Part shown: in pieces, positions 8,819-18,076 of the stretch | How the letters are laid out: every line of letters begins with the position of its first letter | How positions within the stretch are numbered: the stretch's first letter is position 1 | From: Candidatus Aenigmatarchaeota archaeon | GTDB taxonomy: Archaea > Aenigmatarchaeota > Aenigmatarchaeia > GW2011-AR5 | NCBI GenBank assembly: GCA_016187335.1 | Contig: JACPJW010000001.1 | Location: 480,001-544,000, forward strand | DNA length: 64,000 bases | Direction of reading: 5' to 3' | Program-made: the position numbers and the translations under genes | Notes under the pieces: model-generated | The model's database searches: none | Told to the model about the DNA's origin: nothing | What the model saw: only the letters and a program-made list of their open reading frames with translations

Positions 8819-10345
8819 ATGGACTATATAATTGAAGGGTCTATCGTTCAAGATGGCCGTAAGAATGAATATGAGGTTCTTGAACTTTTAGGGTCTGGTG
8901 GTTTTGGTAATGTATTCAAATTAAAAAGAAAAAGTGATGGAGAAATTTTTGCACTTAAGACATTGCAAGTAGGGTTTTCAGCGCAAGAGTATATAGATAG
9001 CTTCAGACACGAAAGCGAAGCGGCAACTACAATTTCTAATGCTAACGTCTTGAAGTATGTGTTTTTTCATGATGGAAGCTTGTTTGAACAGCTTCCTCCG
9101 TACATCATTATGGAGTTTGCTGACGGGGGTTCATTGCAACAGTTTCTCGAAGAGCAAAAAATGAAAGGCTACTTCTCAAATTCAGAGATTAAGTCGATGT
9201 TCAAACAACTTATATCTGGAATGAATGCAATTAATGAAAAAATTATACATAGAGACCTCAAACCTGCAAATGTTCTTATTTCTCAAAAAACTTTTAAGAT
9301 AAGCGATTTTGGACTTTCAAAAATTTCTGAGGATGATACGAGAACATGTACCTTTAAGGGAAGTGGCACTTACTCGTATATGTCACCTGAAGCATGGCGG
9401 CTGGAAAAAAATACAGTTCTAATGGACATATATTCTATGGGCTTGATATTTTTTGAAATAGCGACTCTTAAACATGCACTTACTGATGAAAAGACAGAAA
9501 GTGTGGAAAGTTGGAGAACACTACATTTATACACAGCTCCTAAGAATTTGATGCAACTCAATAAGGACTTGAGTCCTCTTATAGTACGACTGATTCAGCG
9601 AATGATTGCTAAAAATTCAACAGACCGCTTTAAGTCTTGGAAAGAAATTGAAGATTTTTTAGAAAAGGATAATTTACCTCAAACAGAGAATAGCGAGACG
9701 ATACGTCAGATACTTGAAAAAAAGTCGGAAGCTGATTACAAAAAAAATCAGGAAATAGCAAGGCTAGAATCAGAGGAAAAGGAAAGAATAGAGAAGAAAA
9801 AGCTCGTAGAATACATGTTTCATGAAAAGGTCGTGAGACCTGTAGAAAAATTTGTTGATGAGTTAAATCAAAAACTATTGCCCCAAGAAAAAATAACACT
9901 TTCAGAAGAAGACTTATTTGTTCGTATTGAATTTTCTAATAGTAAGAGTATAACAATAGAATGCACACCTGTATTAGAAGAAAATCTAACAAGTCGGGTA
10001 TACATGGATGGACACGGAATTCCACGAAAACCGCCAATAGAAATGCCTAAATTAAGACATAAAAGTGTAATAGCTTGGGGTATTATTAACTCGTCTTCTG
10101 AAAAAGGTTACAACTTATTGTTAACTGAAAAAGAAGATGATCCATATGGTGAATGGATTATACTTACAAATACGAGCAGTGCCCTTTATTCTGGTAGAAG
10201 ACAACAACCAGAACCATTTCCTTTTGACTATGATCAATTAGAAAGTGAACTACCAAATATAACTGCAATGCACATTTATGATATGAAAGATGAGATGTTA
10301 AATTTGAGTAAAATTTATGATTTGATTTCAGAGACACTAGTTTAG
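8819..10345 (+). CDS. Hanks-type Ser/Thr protein kinase with C-terminal extension
   Basis: LGSGGFGNVF, FALK, HRDLKPANVL, DFG, GTYSYMSPE, DIYSMG; strongly AT-rich. Confidence 0.95.
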   Translation: MDYIIEGSIVQDGRKNEYEVLELLGSGGFGNVFKLKRKSDGEIFALKTLQVGFSAQEYIDSFRHESEAATTISNANVLKYVFFHDGSLFEQLPPYIIMEFADGGSLQQFLEEQKMKGYFSNSEIKSMFKQLISGMNAINEKIIHRDLKPANVLISQKTFKISDFGLSKISEDDTRTCTFKGSGTYSYMSPEAWRLEKNTVLMDIYSMGLIFFEIATLKHALTDEKTESVESWRTLHLYTAPKNLMQLNKDLSPLIVRLIQRMIAKNSTDRFKSWKEIEDFLEKDNLPQTENSETIRQILEKKSEADYKKNQEIARLESEEKERIEKKKLVEYMFHEKVVRPVEKFVDELNQKLLPQEKITLSEEDLFVRIEFSNSKSITIECTPVLEENLTSRVYMDGHGIPRKPPIEMPKLRHKSVIAWGIINSSSEKGYNLLLTEKEDDPYGEWIILTNTSSALYSGRRQQPEPFPFDYDQLESELPNITAMHIYDMKDEMLNLSKIYDLISETLV

Positions 10346-10605
10346 TTTTTTCATTTCATCCAAACGCTCTTCGTATTTATCCTAATAACAAGCCCATAAT
10401 TTTTCATCTCTTTTAACACTTGAAGCCTGTTATCTTTTTTGACCCGAAAGAAAGAAACTAAAATATAGCTCACATCTGGCATAGTGATAAACCCATGCAT
10501 GTTCGCTTTGAGTGAAAGACGTTCAGCAAGCACTCTATAGAAGTATGGACAAGTTTGACTTCTATTCAATGAGCTAGAAACTAGTATACTATTCATCCTT
10601 ATCAT

Positions 10606-10830
10606 CTCGATTTCAGCCATTACCTTTTCTACGTCTTTTTTCGCAATTTCCCTAAAAGGCTTGCCAAAGCGTCTTGAGAGGCTCCGTAATGTATAGAGAT
10701 ATTTTACCACTCTTTTGGCAGTTTTCTGGGTAGCTAGCATATATTGTACAAAGTTCTGAATATCCTCTTTGTCGGATTTCAGCATTTCCCTGTCTTCCAG
10801 TACTGTTTTCAGTACGTTTTCCATTTCCAT
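10606..10830 (-). pseudogene. N-terminal (SAM-like) fragment of a tyrosine integrase
   Basis: RVVKYLYTLRSLSRRFGKPFREIAKKDVEKVMAEIE resembles the N-terminus of archaeal tRNA-adjacent integrases; catalytic domain absent; lies next to a tRNA fragment. Confidence 0.6.
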
Positions 10831-10885
10831 GCCTTTCCACTCTCCTCGCATCAAATAAAGGAGAGTGACTTAGAAGTCGGTATTC

Positions 10886-10918
10886 AAGAGCCACCGGAGG
10901 GAATTGAACCCCCAACCT
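10886..10918 (-). repeat. 33-bp direct repeat of the tRNA-Thr 3' end (att-like), copy 1
   Basis: aagagccaccggagggaattgaacccccaacct is identical to 11727..11759. Confidence 0.9.
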
Positions 10919-10935
10919 TCTGTTTACAAGGCAGA
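10889..10935 (-). pseudogene. 3' fragment of tRNA-Thr(TGT), anticodon arm to acceptor
   Basis: TCTGC-CTTGTAA-ACAGA-AGGTT-GGGGG-TTCAATT-CCCTC-CGGTGGC-T; no D-arm or 5' acceptor strand; C31:A39 mismatch. Confidence 0.75.
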
Positions 10936-10944
10936 TGATCATGA

Positions 10945-11127
10945 TCATTCGGTCTTTCTAGCGGGAACTCTTTTCATCTCAAGAAACTGTTCTTTTGTCA
11001 ATGATGCGCTCTTCAGGCATGAGTTGATTATGACATTCTGCTGTCTGGACCATTCGGAATCCGGATGAGTCCTTACATATTCGGCCCAGGCATCCACGAA
11101 TTTCATTCTCTGCTCTTGATTGTTCAT
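10945..11127 (-). CDS. Small conserved partner of the nucleotidyltransferase
   Basis: 60 aa (KFVDAWAEYVRTHPDSEWSRQQNVIINS); 4-nt overlap with upstream gene. Confidence 0.7.
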   Translation of the reverse strand: MNNQEQRMKFVDAWAEYVRTHPDSEWSRQQNVIINSCLKSASLTKEQFLEMKRVPARKTE

Positions 11128-11687
11128 CTGATCATCTTCTCAAATTCTCTAAGCTTCTTGGTGCTTAAATTGCTTCCAAGCATCAGCCTCAGATGCCTCG
11201 CGTCTTCCAGGTCCTTCGGTGATCCAAGTGCCTTTTCTTTATATGCTATCTGAAGCTCAAGGTTGGATATATGAAGAGTTTCTTTTCTGATATTTACCTT
11301 GATAGCTGAGGAAAGAGCCATTTTCTGAACAGGGGCCAGCGCGAACAATATTTCCATGTTTGGAATCACCACGCCTTCCGATGCAAATCTAACAGCTATC
11401 TTGTCGTTTAACAGTTCAAATGAACCATTTGGATCAGAGGCATTGAGGCAGTAGTATCCGCTTTTCAGAAGATGTTCATAGACAGACTTCCACTTTTCCG
11501 CGCTCATTTTGGGAATAATCATGTCTATGTCTTCGCTTGCTCTCGCCCTTCCCAGAAGGATAGAAACATAGCCGCTTACAATAACGTAATCTGTCTTCTT
11601 TGAAATAGTTTTGCAGAAATTAACTGCAAAATTATCAAGCTCTGACAACTCCCTGTCAAGAATAATCGCGCTTTTCGTTATCTCCAT
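11124..11687 (-). CDS. Pol-beta-superfamily nucleotidyltransferase-like protein
   Basis: VIVSGYVSILLGRARASEDIDMII (G...DxD) and late LQIAYK...SPKDLEDA motif. Confidence 0.75.
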   Translation of the reverse strand: MEITKSAIILDRELSELDNFAVNFCKTISKKTDYVIVSGYVSILLGRARASEDIDMIIPKMSAEKWKSVYEHLLKSGYYCLNASDPNGSFELLNDKIAVRFASEGVVIPNMEILFALAPVQKMALSSAIKVNIRKETLHISNLELQIAYKEKALGSPKDLEDARHLRLMLGSNLSTKKLREFEKMIR

Positions 11688-11729
11688 GAATACTAATTAC
11701 GAGAACTTTATTTATACGGTTTTTTAAAG

Positions 11730-11854
11730 AGCCACCGGAGGGAATTGAACCCCCAACCTATTGCTAGTTCTTTTGGGGTATGCAAAGACCTTTTCTTTCA
11801 AGAAAAGGGATTTGCTTACGAAGCAATCGCTCTGCCAGGTTGAGCTACGGTGGC
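11730..11854 (-). tRNA. tRNA-Thr(CGT) with 51-nt non-canonical intron at the 3' side of the anticodon stem
   Basis: GCCACCG/CGGTGGC acceptor, GCTC/GAGC D-stem, ATTGC-TTCGTAA-GCAAT after removing 11765..11815; intron flanked by a GCAA repeat. Confidence 0.88.
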
Positions 11855-11952
11855 GGCAGCAGTATGATAATTGATGAAAAGAAATTAAAGAGCAAATGAA
11901 AAGTAATATGTTTCTTTTTTCCGAGGGTTTTTCTTTTTGAAAGAAAAAAGCT

Positions 11953-12246
11953 CTACTTCTTCTTCCTGACCCAGATGTCCTGCGCGGAGTAGTAGATCAT
12001 GCCCAGCGAGACGGCAAGCACGGACAATGCCCAGAGCCACCCTATGTTTACGTAGGCGAGTATCTGCCTTGCAAATTCCTGGGTTTCTTCGACAGGGGCC
12101 CCGGCATTGGGCACCGCCGATGGTTCCGCGGATGCTAAGGCGTTCAGGCCGCCGCCTAGCTGCATCAGCATGTACATGAACACCACATTCCCGAGGAATG
12201 CGATGATGCCCACTATAAGGAACGCAACTGAAGATGTCCTTGCCAT
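11953..12246 (-). CDS. Small two-TM membrane protein
   Basis: Two hydrophobic helices and a basic C-terminus. Confidence 0.65.
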   Translation of the reverse strand: MARTSSVAFLIVGIIAFLGNVVFMYMLMQLGGGLNALASAEPSAVPNAGAPVEETQEFARQILAYVNIGWLWALSVLAVSLGMIYYSAQDIWVRKKK

Positions 12247-12270
12247 TTTGTGACACATCCCTTGTTTTGA

Positions 12271-12293
12271 TTAAACTTTTTCTAAAAGTTTAA
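12271..12293. repeat. Dispersed mini-palindrome (AAACTTTT-N3-AAAAGTTT family)
   Basis: ttaaactttt-tct-aaaagtttaa, 10-bp stem. Confidence 0.8.
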
Positions 12294-12296
12294 AAA

Positions 12297-12866
12297 TTAC
12301 CCTCCGAGGAGCGAAGCAAAATTGAAAACAATCATGGAATAAAACATCACGAAAAATGAAAGCATCAGAATGGACACGATGATGTACGATGTCAGCGTAT
12401 CGACTTTTGCAAGCTCCTTTGTCGACCTGTACAATGACGCGAGGCCTGTGGAGAAAGTCAGCGCAACGATGAATGACCCAAGGATGATGCCCACATAAGG
12501 AACGAAAAGGAGCAGCGATGTAATGAATAAACCCACCGAAGGCGCCGCCCAGAAAAACGATATGGCAGTGAGCGATTCATAGTATTTTCCGCGGCCGCCC
12601 ATTATCCCTGATATCATCTCGTGCACAAGCCCGAGGCCCAGCGAGACGAGAATAACAAGGGCGAAAACCGCCAGCAGAAAACCTGCAAAAATGCCGGGTG
12701 AAAACGCGCCTGCCAGGAACGCTATTTTTGAAACAAGCAGCGAAGCTCCCAGGGAAAAGAAAAACGCGGAAGTTATCAGCAGCTTCAGCGTCCTGCGAAG
12801 GTCGTGCTTCCTGTAGCTGTTCAGTGCTGACGCCGGCTTCCTGACAGCGTCCCAGTAATCTCTCAT
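12297..12866 (-). CDS. Yip1-like multi-pass membrane protein
   Basis: About five TM helices; GGRGKYYESLTAI...P pattern typical of Yip1/YIPF. Confidence 0.65.
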   Translation of the reverse strand: MRDYWDAVRKPASALNSYRKHDLRRTLKLLITSAFFFSLGASLLVSKIAFLAGAFSPGIFAGFLLAVFALVILVSLGLGLVHEMISGIMGGRGKYYESLTAISFFWAAPSVGLFITSLLLFVPYVGIILGSFIVALTFSTGLASLYRSTKELAKVDTLTSYIIVSILMLSFFVMFYSMIVFNFASLLGG

Positions 12867-12992
12867 TTTTAAAACCCTAGGTTTTGAAAAGAAGTGATCT
12901 CTTTAGAGGGCACTTCATGGATTATTCTTGTTGACGGCGGTTTTTAAAGGTAAGAATGGCTTAAATAATTAGCAGCTTTATTCTGAGCCAAT

Positions 12993-13334
12993 ATGGCAAT
13001 CTATGTGCCTCGTTTTGTAAAGGAACTCAGATTACTGGAAAGGGGATTTGTTCCTGACACATTTGGCGGGCGCGATTTCTACAGCCATTTTTCGTACGGA
13101 CCCATAGAGATTATTGTAGATGAAATTCAAGTGCCCGGCGGCGACGTTGTATGCGACATAATTTACAGGCACGAAGAGCCCGGTATTCCCGGTATTCGCG
13201 AAGAATATCGCGGGAGATTTATCAATGGTATAGCAGACGATGGGGCTGCCAGGAGAGTTGAAGAGAGAATAACCAGCATGCCAGTAATAAGACCGCGCGC
13301 GGAGGCTACTTATTCACGTCCTTCGGCGTTATGA
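12993..13334 (+). CDS. Hypothetical orphan protein
   Basis: ATG-started 113-aa ORF with an upstream TTAAATA box. Confidence 0.55.
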   Translation: MAIYVPRFVKELRLLERGFVPDTFGGRDFYSHFSYGPIEIIVDEIQVPGGDVVCDIIYRHEEPGIPGIREEYRGRFINGIADDGAARRVEERITSMPVIRPRAEATYSRPSAL

Positions 13335-13743
13335 CGATGCCGCCCATGCCGCTGGCAGCGAACTGGTGAAGAACGCCTGCAAGGATGTTGACAATATTCT
13401 GCACCTCGTCTATGCGGATTTCTTTTCTTTCAGGGCCAAGAATTTCCACTGCCGAAGGCCCGTAAAGTATGACGGCGTTGAGAAGCAGGAACAGCGTCTT
13501 GGTGACAAATTTTACCTCTACGAACTGGGAATAGCCTGTCTCCAGCCCCTCTATGGGCTTTTCAACCTGCTGCACGTCGCTGTAGTTCGTCTCGTAGATG
13601 ATTGTATCCGGCGTTTTGCTCAGCTTTTCCACGTGCTCTTTGAGGGTCTTGGTAAGGATTTCCTCCTTTGCGCCAAGCGCCTCTATGAGAAATACTACGT
13701 CGTACCAGCCGTCCCTCTTTTTCTTGTCAATGTCTTCTTTCAT
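13306..13743 (-). CDS. Conserved hypothetical protein
   Basis: Likely start MKEDIDKK at 13743; YGPSAVEILGP motif. Confidence 0.65.
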   Translation of the reverse strand: MKEDIDKKKRDGWYDVVFLIEALGAKEEILTKTLKEHVEKLSKTPDTIIYETNYSDVQQVEKPIEGLETGYSQFVEVKFVTKTLFLLLNAVILYGPSAVEILGPERKEIRIDEVQNIVNILAGVLHQFAASGMGGIVITPKDVNK

Positions 13744-14048
13744 GCGCAACACATCCGCGGCAATCTTTTTATCCGAGAATACGTTGAAAACTGCTGTCTT
13801 CAGACAGCAGATGAAACACAACGTATTCTGGATAACATGCACATAAACCCACGACTTTAGTCGTGGGTTCATATTAAAGCATGTTATTTAGCTTTTTTGC
13901 GCTTCAATCTTTTCAGCTTCTCCTTGTATGTTCCCGGATTTCCCTCAAGCTTATAGACCTTGCAATCCTTCCCTGGCCGATTAAGCGTTCCATTGCTCTC
14001 CCTAAATTCTCACATCTTTTTAAACCCTCTACCTTGTTAATTATATTC

Positions 14049-14972
14049 ATGAAAAAGGCGGTTTGGATCTTCCTCGTGCTGGCTGCGGCAGCGCTTTTCG
14101 CTGTTCCTGCCTATGCCGTGTCCATAAGGGACTGGGAAGTGGAAGTATCCTTGGAGCAGGACAGCTCTGTCTGGACAGCCGTGCTACGGTACAAGGAGAA
14201 CATAACCAAGAGCGACTACTTTGTCCTCGGGAAAATGACTGACCTGGACGTCATAGCTGACGAGCTTCCCATAAAATGCACTGTCACCGAACGGGTCGGC
14301 ACGAGCATTGTCTGCGACAACATCAATGCCAGGAAAATGACCTATAAGTTCAGGCTGCTGCACTCGTCTGACACTTTCCGCAATCTTAACGTCTTCAGGT
14401 ACAGGCAGTCCGTGACGCAGATAACCGACAGGTTCTCTTTTCTTGTCAAACTGCCTTTAGGGGCCGCCCTGGCTGAAAACAGCAGCCTGGAAGGGACTTC
14501 TCTCCAGCGCTTTGAGCCTGGCTGGGGTCATGAGGGCTCTGACGGCCGCCGGATTTTCGTGGAATGGGTTGCCAACGACCCGCCTCTTGGCGAAACGTAT
14601 GATTTTTCCGTGGTTTACGAAAGCATCTTCCCCCAGGGAGGGCTGCCTTTTTCCCCTCTCGTCGGATTTTTGCTGATGGCCGCGGCTATAGCTGCCATTA
14701 TATTATATTCCCGCCGCTCGGATATGCGCGAAATCCTCCCTGTTCTTACGGAAGGCGAAAGGAAGCTTGTTGAGATATTGCTCAGGGAGAAGAAGGATGT
14801 TGACCAGCGCGTTGTTGTCAAGGAGCTGGATTACAGCAAGTCAAAGGTGTCCAGAATAGTCAAGAACCTCATAGACCGGGGGCTTCTTGAAAAAACGCCG
14901 AAGGGCAGGACCAACCTGCTGAGGCTCAAAAAACCCTCTAAAACAGCGGAAAAACACGAAAAATCACAATAG
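14049..14972 (+). CDS. Membrane-anchored protein with extracellular domain and C-terminal winged-helix HTH
   Basis: Signal peptide MKKAVWIF..AYA, TM near aa 220, then LTEGERKLVEILL..VDQRVVVKELDYSKSKVSRIVKNLIDRGLLEKTPKGRTN. Confidence 0.85.
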   Translation: MKKAVWIFLVLAAAALFAVPAYAVSIRDWEVEVSLEQDSSVWTAVLRYKENITKSDYFVLGKMTDLDVIADELPIKCTVTERVGTSIVCDNINARKMTYKFRLLHSSDTFRNLNVFRYRQSVTQITDRFSFLVKLPLGAALAENSSLEGTSLQRFEPGWGHEGSDGRRIFVEWVANDPPLGETYDFSVVYESIFPQGGLPFSPLVGFLLMAAAIAAIILYSRRSDMREILPVLTEGERKLVEILLREKKDVDQRVVVKELDYSKSKVSRIVKNLIDRGLLEKTPKGRTNLLRLKKPSKTAEKHEKSQ

Positions 14973-15101
14973 AAAATTTACAGAAAAAATAAAGCTTTAT
15001 TTTTGTTAAAAAGAAAAAATATGGCGATTGAAACTTTTATAGAGTTGTTTCTTTGTGAATAAACTTTTTCTATCCAATATGAAATTGTGGTTAAGAGATA
15101 G

Positions 15102-15132
15102 TGAAACTGTTTCAAGTCAGTCTTATATATAT
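15102..15132 (+). promoter_or_regulatory. Candidate S-layer promoter: TGAAAC-T-GTTTCA palindrome followed by TATA box
   Basis: Palindrome at 15102..15114; ttatatatat at 15123..15132. Confidence 0.5.
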
Positions 15133-15170
15133 AGCAGGTTCATAGATAGAGTATCAATACATCGCATAGC

Positions 15171-15311
15171 GGAGCAGATATCTCTATCCGTATCTACCTG
15201 ATTTCTGCTCCTCTTATGCTCAAACCGTAAGGTTTGGCCAAACCGAACTGTCAGGCAAATATAAGACATTGAAGGCGTTGGCATGCAGCGCCTGAAAGCC
15301 TTGTTTGCCTG
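15171..15311 (+). ncRNA. Candidate structured 5' leader of the S-layer gene
   Basis: Stems ggagcaga/tctgctcc, caaacc-gtaa-ggtttg, caggcaaa/tttgcctg and aggcgttg/cagcgcct. Confidence 0.4.
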
Positions 15312-15344
15312 GCTTGTACCAATTCAGGAAGGAGGTTGCAAATA

Positions 15345-18053
15345 ATGCAACTCAAAAAAATCGCTGCAGGTTCTTTGGGCCTTTTAATGGTAGGTTCATC
15401 GCTGGCCTTTGCAGCCTTGCAAGATCTCCCGGCGCCATTCGTCGGTTCTTCCGGCGTACAGAGCCTGATAGTAGTGGGTTCTGCCGCAGCTCCAAGTGAC
15501 GTTGTCGGTGCAATAGACATCGCAGCCCGCTGGGGAGGGGAAGTGACCACGGAAGTCTCGGTGCCAGGAGCAGCAGGCGTGCCAACAGTTAGTGGCGAGG
15601 GCAAGGCGCTATGGACAGACACTACAAAGGTCTTCCTGCAGGACAATCTAGGAAAAACTGGTCTAAGAACTACCCTGACAAAGGACGACTTGCCGACAAT
15701 CTTGGCAAGAAGCTCTTTTGACGATGCAGATGGAACGCACAAGTATAACCAGTTCATTGACCTGACACCTGTCGGAACAGCTGCGAACTACAGGATGGAT
15801 TACGACAAGCCTGGTTCCAGCTCTTCAGCCGACCCGACATACAACTTCGGGCGATTCACGACATCACCATCAGACACGGAATATCTGTACCGAACAAGAA
15901 TCGTCTTTGACGTCGGGGTCAACGGCTCCAAGGCAGTTGGCAAGATAATGAACATCTTCGGAGGCAAGTACACCATCGACTCCACTACAACAGCAAACTT
16001 TGCCGGCACGACATCTGACAAGGTCGTCTTGCTGGGAAGTTCTGATACCAAGACACTGTCTGGTGGTCAGACAATAACAACTACCATCAGCGGCAAGGAA
16101 TATACAATAAAACTGCTCGGCGTAACAAGCACTCCCGCAGCTTCAATTCAGGTAGGAGACACAACCGAGACGGTCACCAAACAGGCAACATCCACAAAAT
16201 TCGGCGACCTGAAGATCTACGTTGACGACGCAGCTCAGTTGTCCACGACGGACCAGACGCAGAACTTTGCTACTCTGCTGATAGGTGCTGACAGAATCAC
16301 ACTGCAGCATGGGGCAAAGGTCAAGAAAGGTACGTCTGACGACCCTGTCGACGGAACGTATGTCAACCTGACGGTAAGCAGCAGCTTGCTTAGCCAGATA
16401 ACAGTATGGGCAGGCGGTTCATCCTCAACAGCCGATTACATCGCGCTTGGTGGGGAGACCTACATGTCGCCCATCTGGAAGAACTTTGGCATAGGGTTCC
16501 CATCCACGTCACCGTCTGTTGGCGGCAGCCTGGACGACAAGGTTGACATCAGAAACTCTGGTGACAACAACATGCAGGTTGCGTTCACGGACTTCAACGG
16601 CAACTCAGGAACCGTGAACTGGGCTTACAAGGCAACAAGCGCTGGCACAACACTGAGCATTGCAGACAGCAGCGGTAACGTAATCCACGTCGCTGAAAAC
16701 GAGTCAGTAGCACGAGACGAATACATCGTCCTGGATGCAGGCGGCTTCCCTCACATGTTCAAGGTGTCCGGAGTGACCCTTGACGGAAGCACTTCGGCGT
16801 CCATAGACCTTCAGGATGTGTTCTCGGGCTCCACGACAAAGGTCACGACAGGAAACGACAACCGCGAAGGATTCGTAATTGACGGGCAAACGTACAACTT
16901 CGTGAACCTGACAAGTACGACATTCGCTGTCACATGGGGCACTTCAGCAGGCCTGGGAACATCCACGACATCAAGCGGTATCGTGGGTACATACCTGACA
17001 GTATTCCCGACGCTGAAGACAAAGAACGGCGCCAGAGTAGCTTTGACAAAGCCGTCACAGAGGGTCTACTACGCAAACCAGAACACCACCATACAACTGC
17101 CAACGGGTGCAATACTCCTGACAAACGCAAACGCTACAGTCCTCAACATAACAGCCGCATCACAGGAGGACGGAACTGCATCAGCTTGTGCGTCATCCCC
17201 TTGCGTGCTGAACTTTGACGAGACCGCTGCAACAAACACGACATTCACGCTAGGCAGAACAACGGCAGGCGGTGTTACTTACAACATCGTCCGTGACGTT
17301 GCAAACTCGGCCTTCAACATATCCATTGCAGACGGCGCTCAGTTAAACCAGCCTGCAATCATTGTCTGGGAAGAAAAAGATGACAACGGAAACCAGGCAG
17401 GCGTGATAGTTCAGTCACAGACAGGCGCATCCGGAAGCAACAACCTTGCAGGCGCAGGAACACCAAACTTCACTGCATCAGTAAGCGCGGGAGCGCAGTC
17501 ATGGGGAAGCAACTCGAACAAAGCGTCCAATGCAGACTACTGGGGTACAGTATCAACGCGTGATACAAGCACATCCGCGCAGCCGACTGTGACGCTCTGG
17601 TATCCAGACACACAGCGCTATGCGAATGTCTTCGTATTGGCGAAGGGTGCCACAGTGTCTTCAAGCGGAGTTTCAGGCACTGTCAAATCAGCCGTGCCGA
17701 TAAAGACACCGCTTGGTAAGCTGGACTCTGAGGTAACATCAGCTGACAAGTCAACAAAGAACCTAGTCCTCGTAGGTGGTCCTGTTGTCAACACACTTGT
17801 CGCGGAATTAGCAGCCGCAGGCAAGTCAAGAGACACCGCATGGTACCGCACACAGGGCGCAGGAACGGCGTTGATAGACTATGTAAGCGACGCATTTACC
17901 GCCGGCAAGGTGGCACTGGTCGTTGCAGGTCATTCAGCTGCTGACACGAGAACAGCTGCTTCATGGGTGCAGAACTTCGACGCGCACGCCAGCGATCTGA
18001 AGGGCATGAGAGTTGTCCTGAAGAACGGCGTGCTGCAGACATCCGCAGCCTAA
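15345..18053 (+). CDS. S-layer protein (archaeal type with conserved N- and C-terminal domains)
   Basis: MQLKKIAAGSLG signal; IVVGSAAAPSDVVGAIDIA N-domain; NLVLVGGPVVN and LVVAGHSAADTRTAA C-domain; GGAGG RBS at 15331. Confidence 0.92.
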   Translation: MQLKKIAAGSLGLLMVGSSLAFAALQDLPAPFVGSSGVQSLIVVGSAAAPSDVVGAIDIAARWGGEVTTEVSVPGAAGVPTVSGEGKALWTDTTKVFLQDNLGKTGLRTTLTKDDLPTILARSSFDDADGTHKYNQFIDLTPVGTAANYRMDYDKPGSSSSADPTYNFGRFTTSPSDTEYLYRTRIVFDVGVNGSKAVGKIMNIFGGKYTIDSTTTANFAGTTSDKVVLLGSSDTKTLSGGQTITTTISGKEYTIKLLGVTSTPAASIQVGDTTETVTKQATSTKFGDLKIYVDDAAQLSTTDQTQNFATLLIGADRITLQHGAKVKKGTSDDPVDGTYVNLTVSSSLLSQITVWAGGSSSTADYIALGGETYMSPIWKNFGIGFPSTSPSVGGSLDDKVDIRNSGDNNMQVAFTDFNGNSGTVNWAYKATSAGTTLSIADSSGNVIHVAENESVARDEYIVLDAGGFPHMFKVSGVTLDGSTSASIDLQDVFSGSTTKVTTGNDNREGFVIDGQTYNFVNLTSTTFAVTWGTSAGLGTSTTSSGIVGTYLTVFPTLKTKNGARVALTKPSQRVYYANQNTTIQLPTGAILLTNANATVLNITAASQEDGTASACASSPCVLNFDETAATNTTFTLGRTTAGGVTYNIVRDVANSAFNISIADGAQLNQPAIIVWEEKDDNGNQAGVIVQSQTGASGSNNLAGAGTPNFTASVSAGAQSWGSNSNKASNADYWGTVSTRDTSTSAQPTVTLWYPDTQRYANVFVLAKGATVSSSGVSGTVKSAVPIKTPLGKLDSEVTSADKSTKNLVLVGGPVVNTLVAELAAAGKSRDTAWYRTQGAGTALIDYVSDAFTAGKVALVVAGHSAADTRTAASWVQNFDAHASDLKGMRVVLKNGVLQTSAA

Positions 18054-18076
18054 GTAGAAAACCGCTGATTTAAACC

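Noticed and set aside
10351-10854. 167-aa ORF as an intact integrase
   Set aside because: Only about 75 aa resemble an integrase N-terminus; no R-H-R-Y catalytic residues follow, so it is treated as a remnant.
15250-15311. Hammerhead ribozyme or known riboswitch in the S-layer leader
   Set aside because: CTGAAAG is present, but the CUGAUGA core and the c-di-GMP or fluoride consensus elements I checked by eye are not; kept only as an unknown structured leader.
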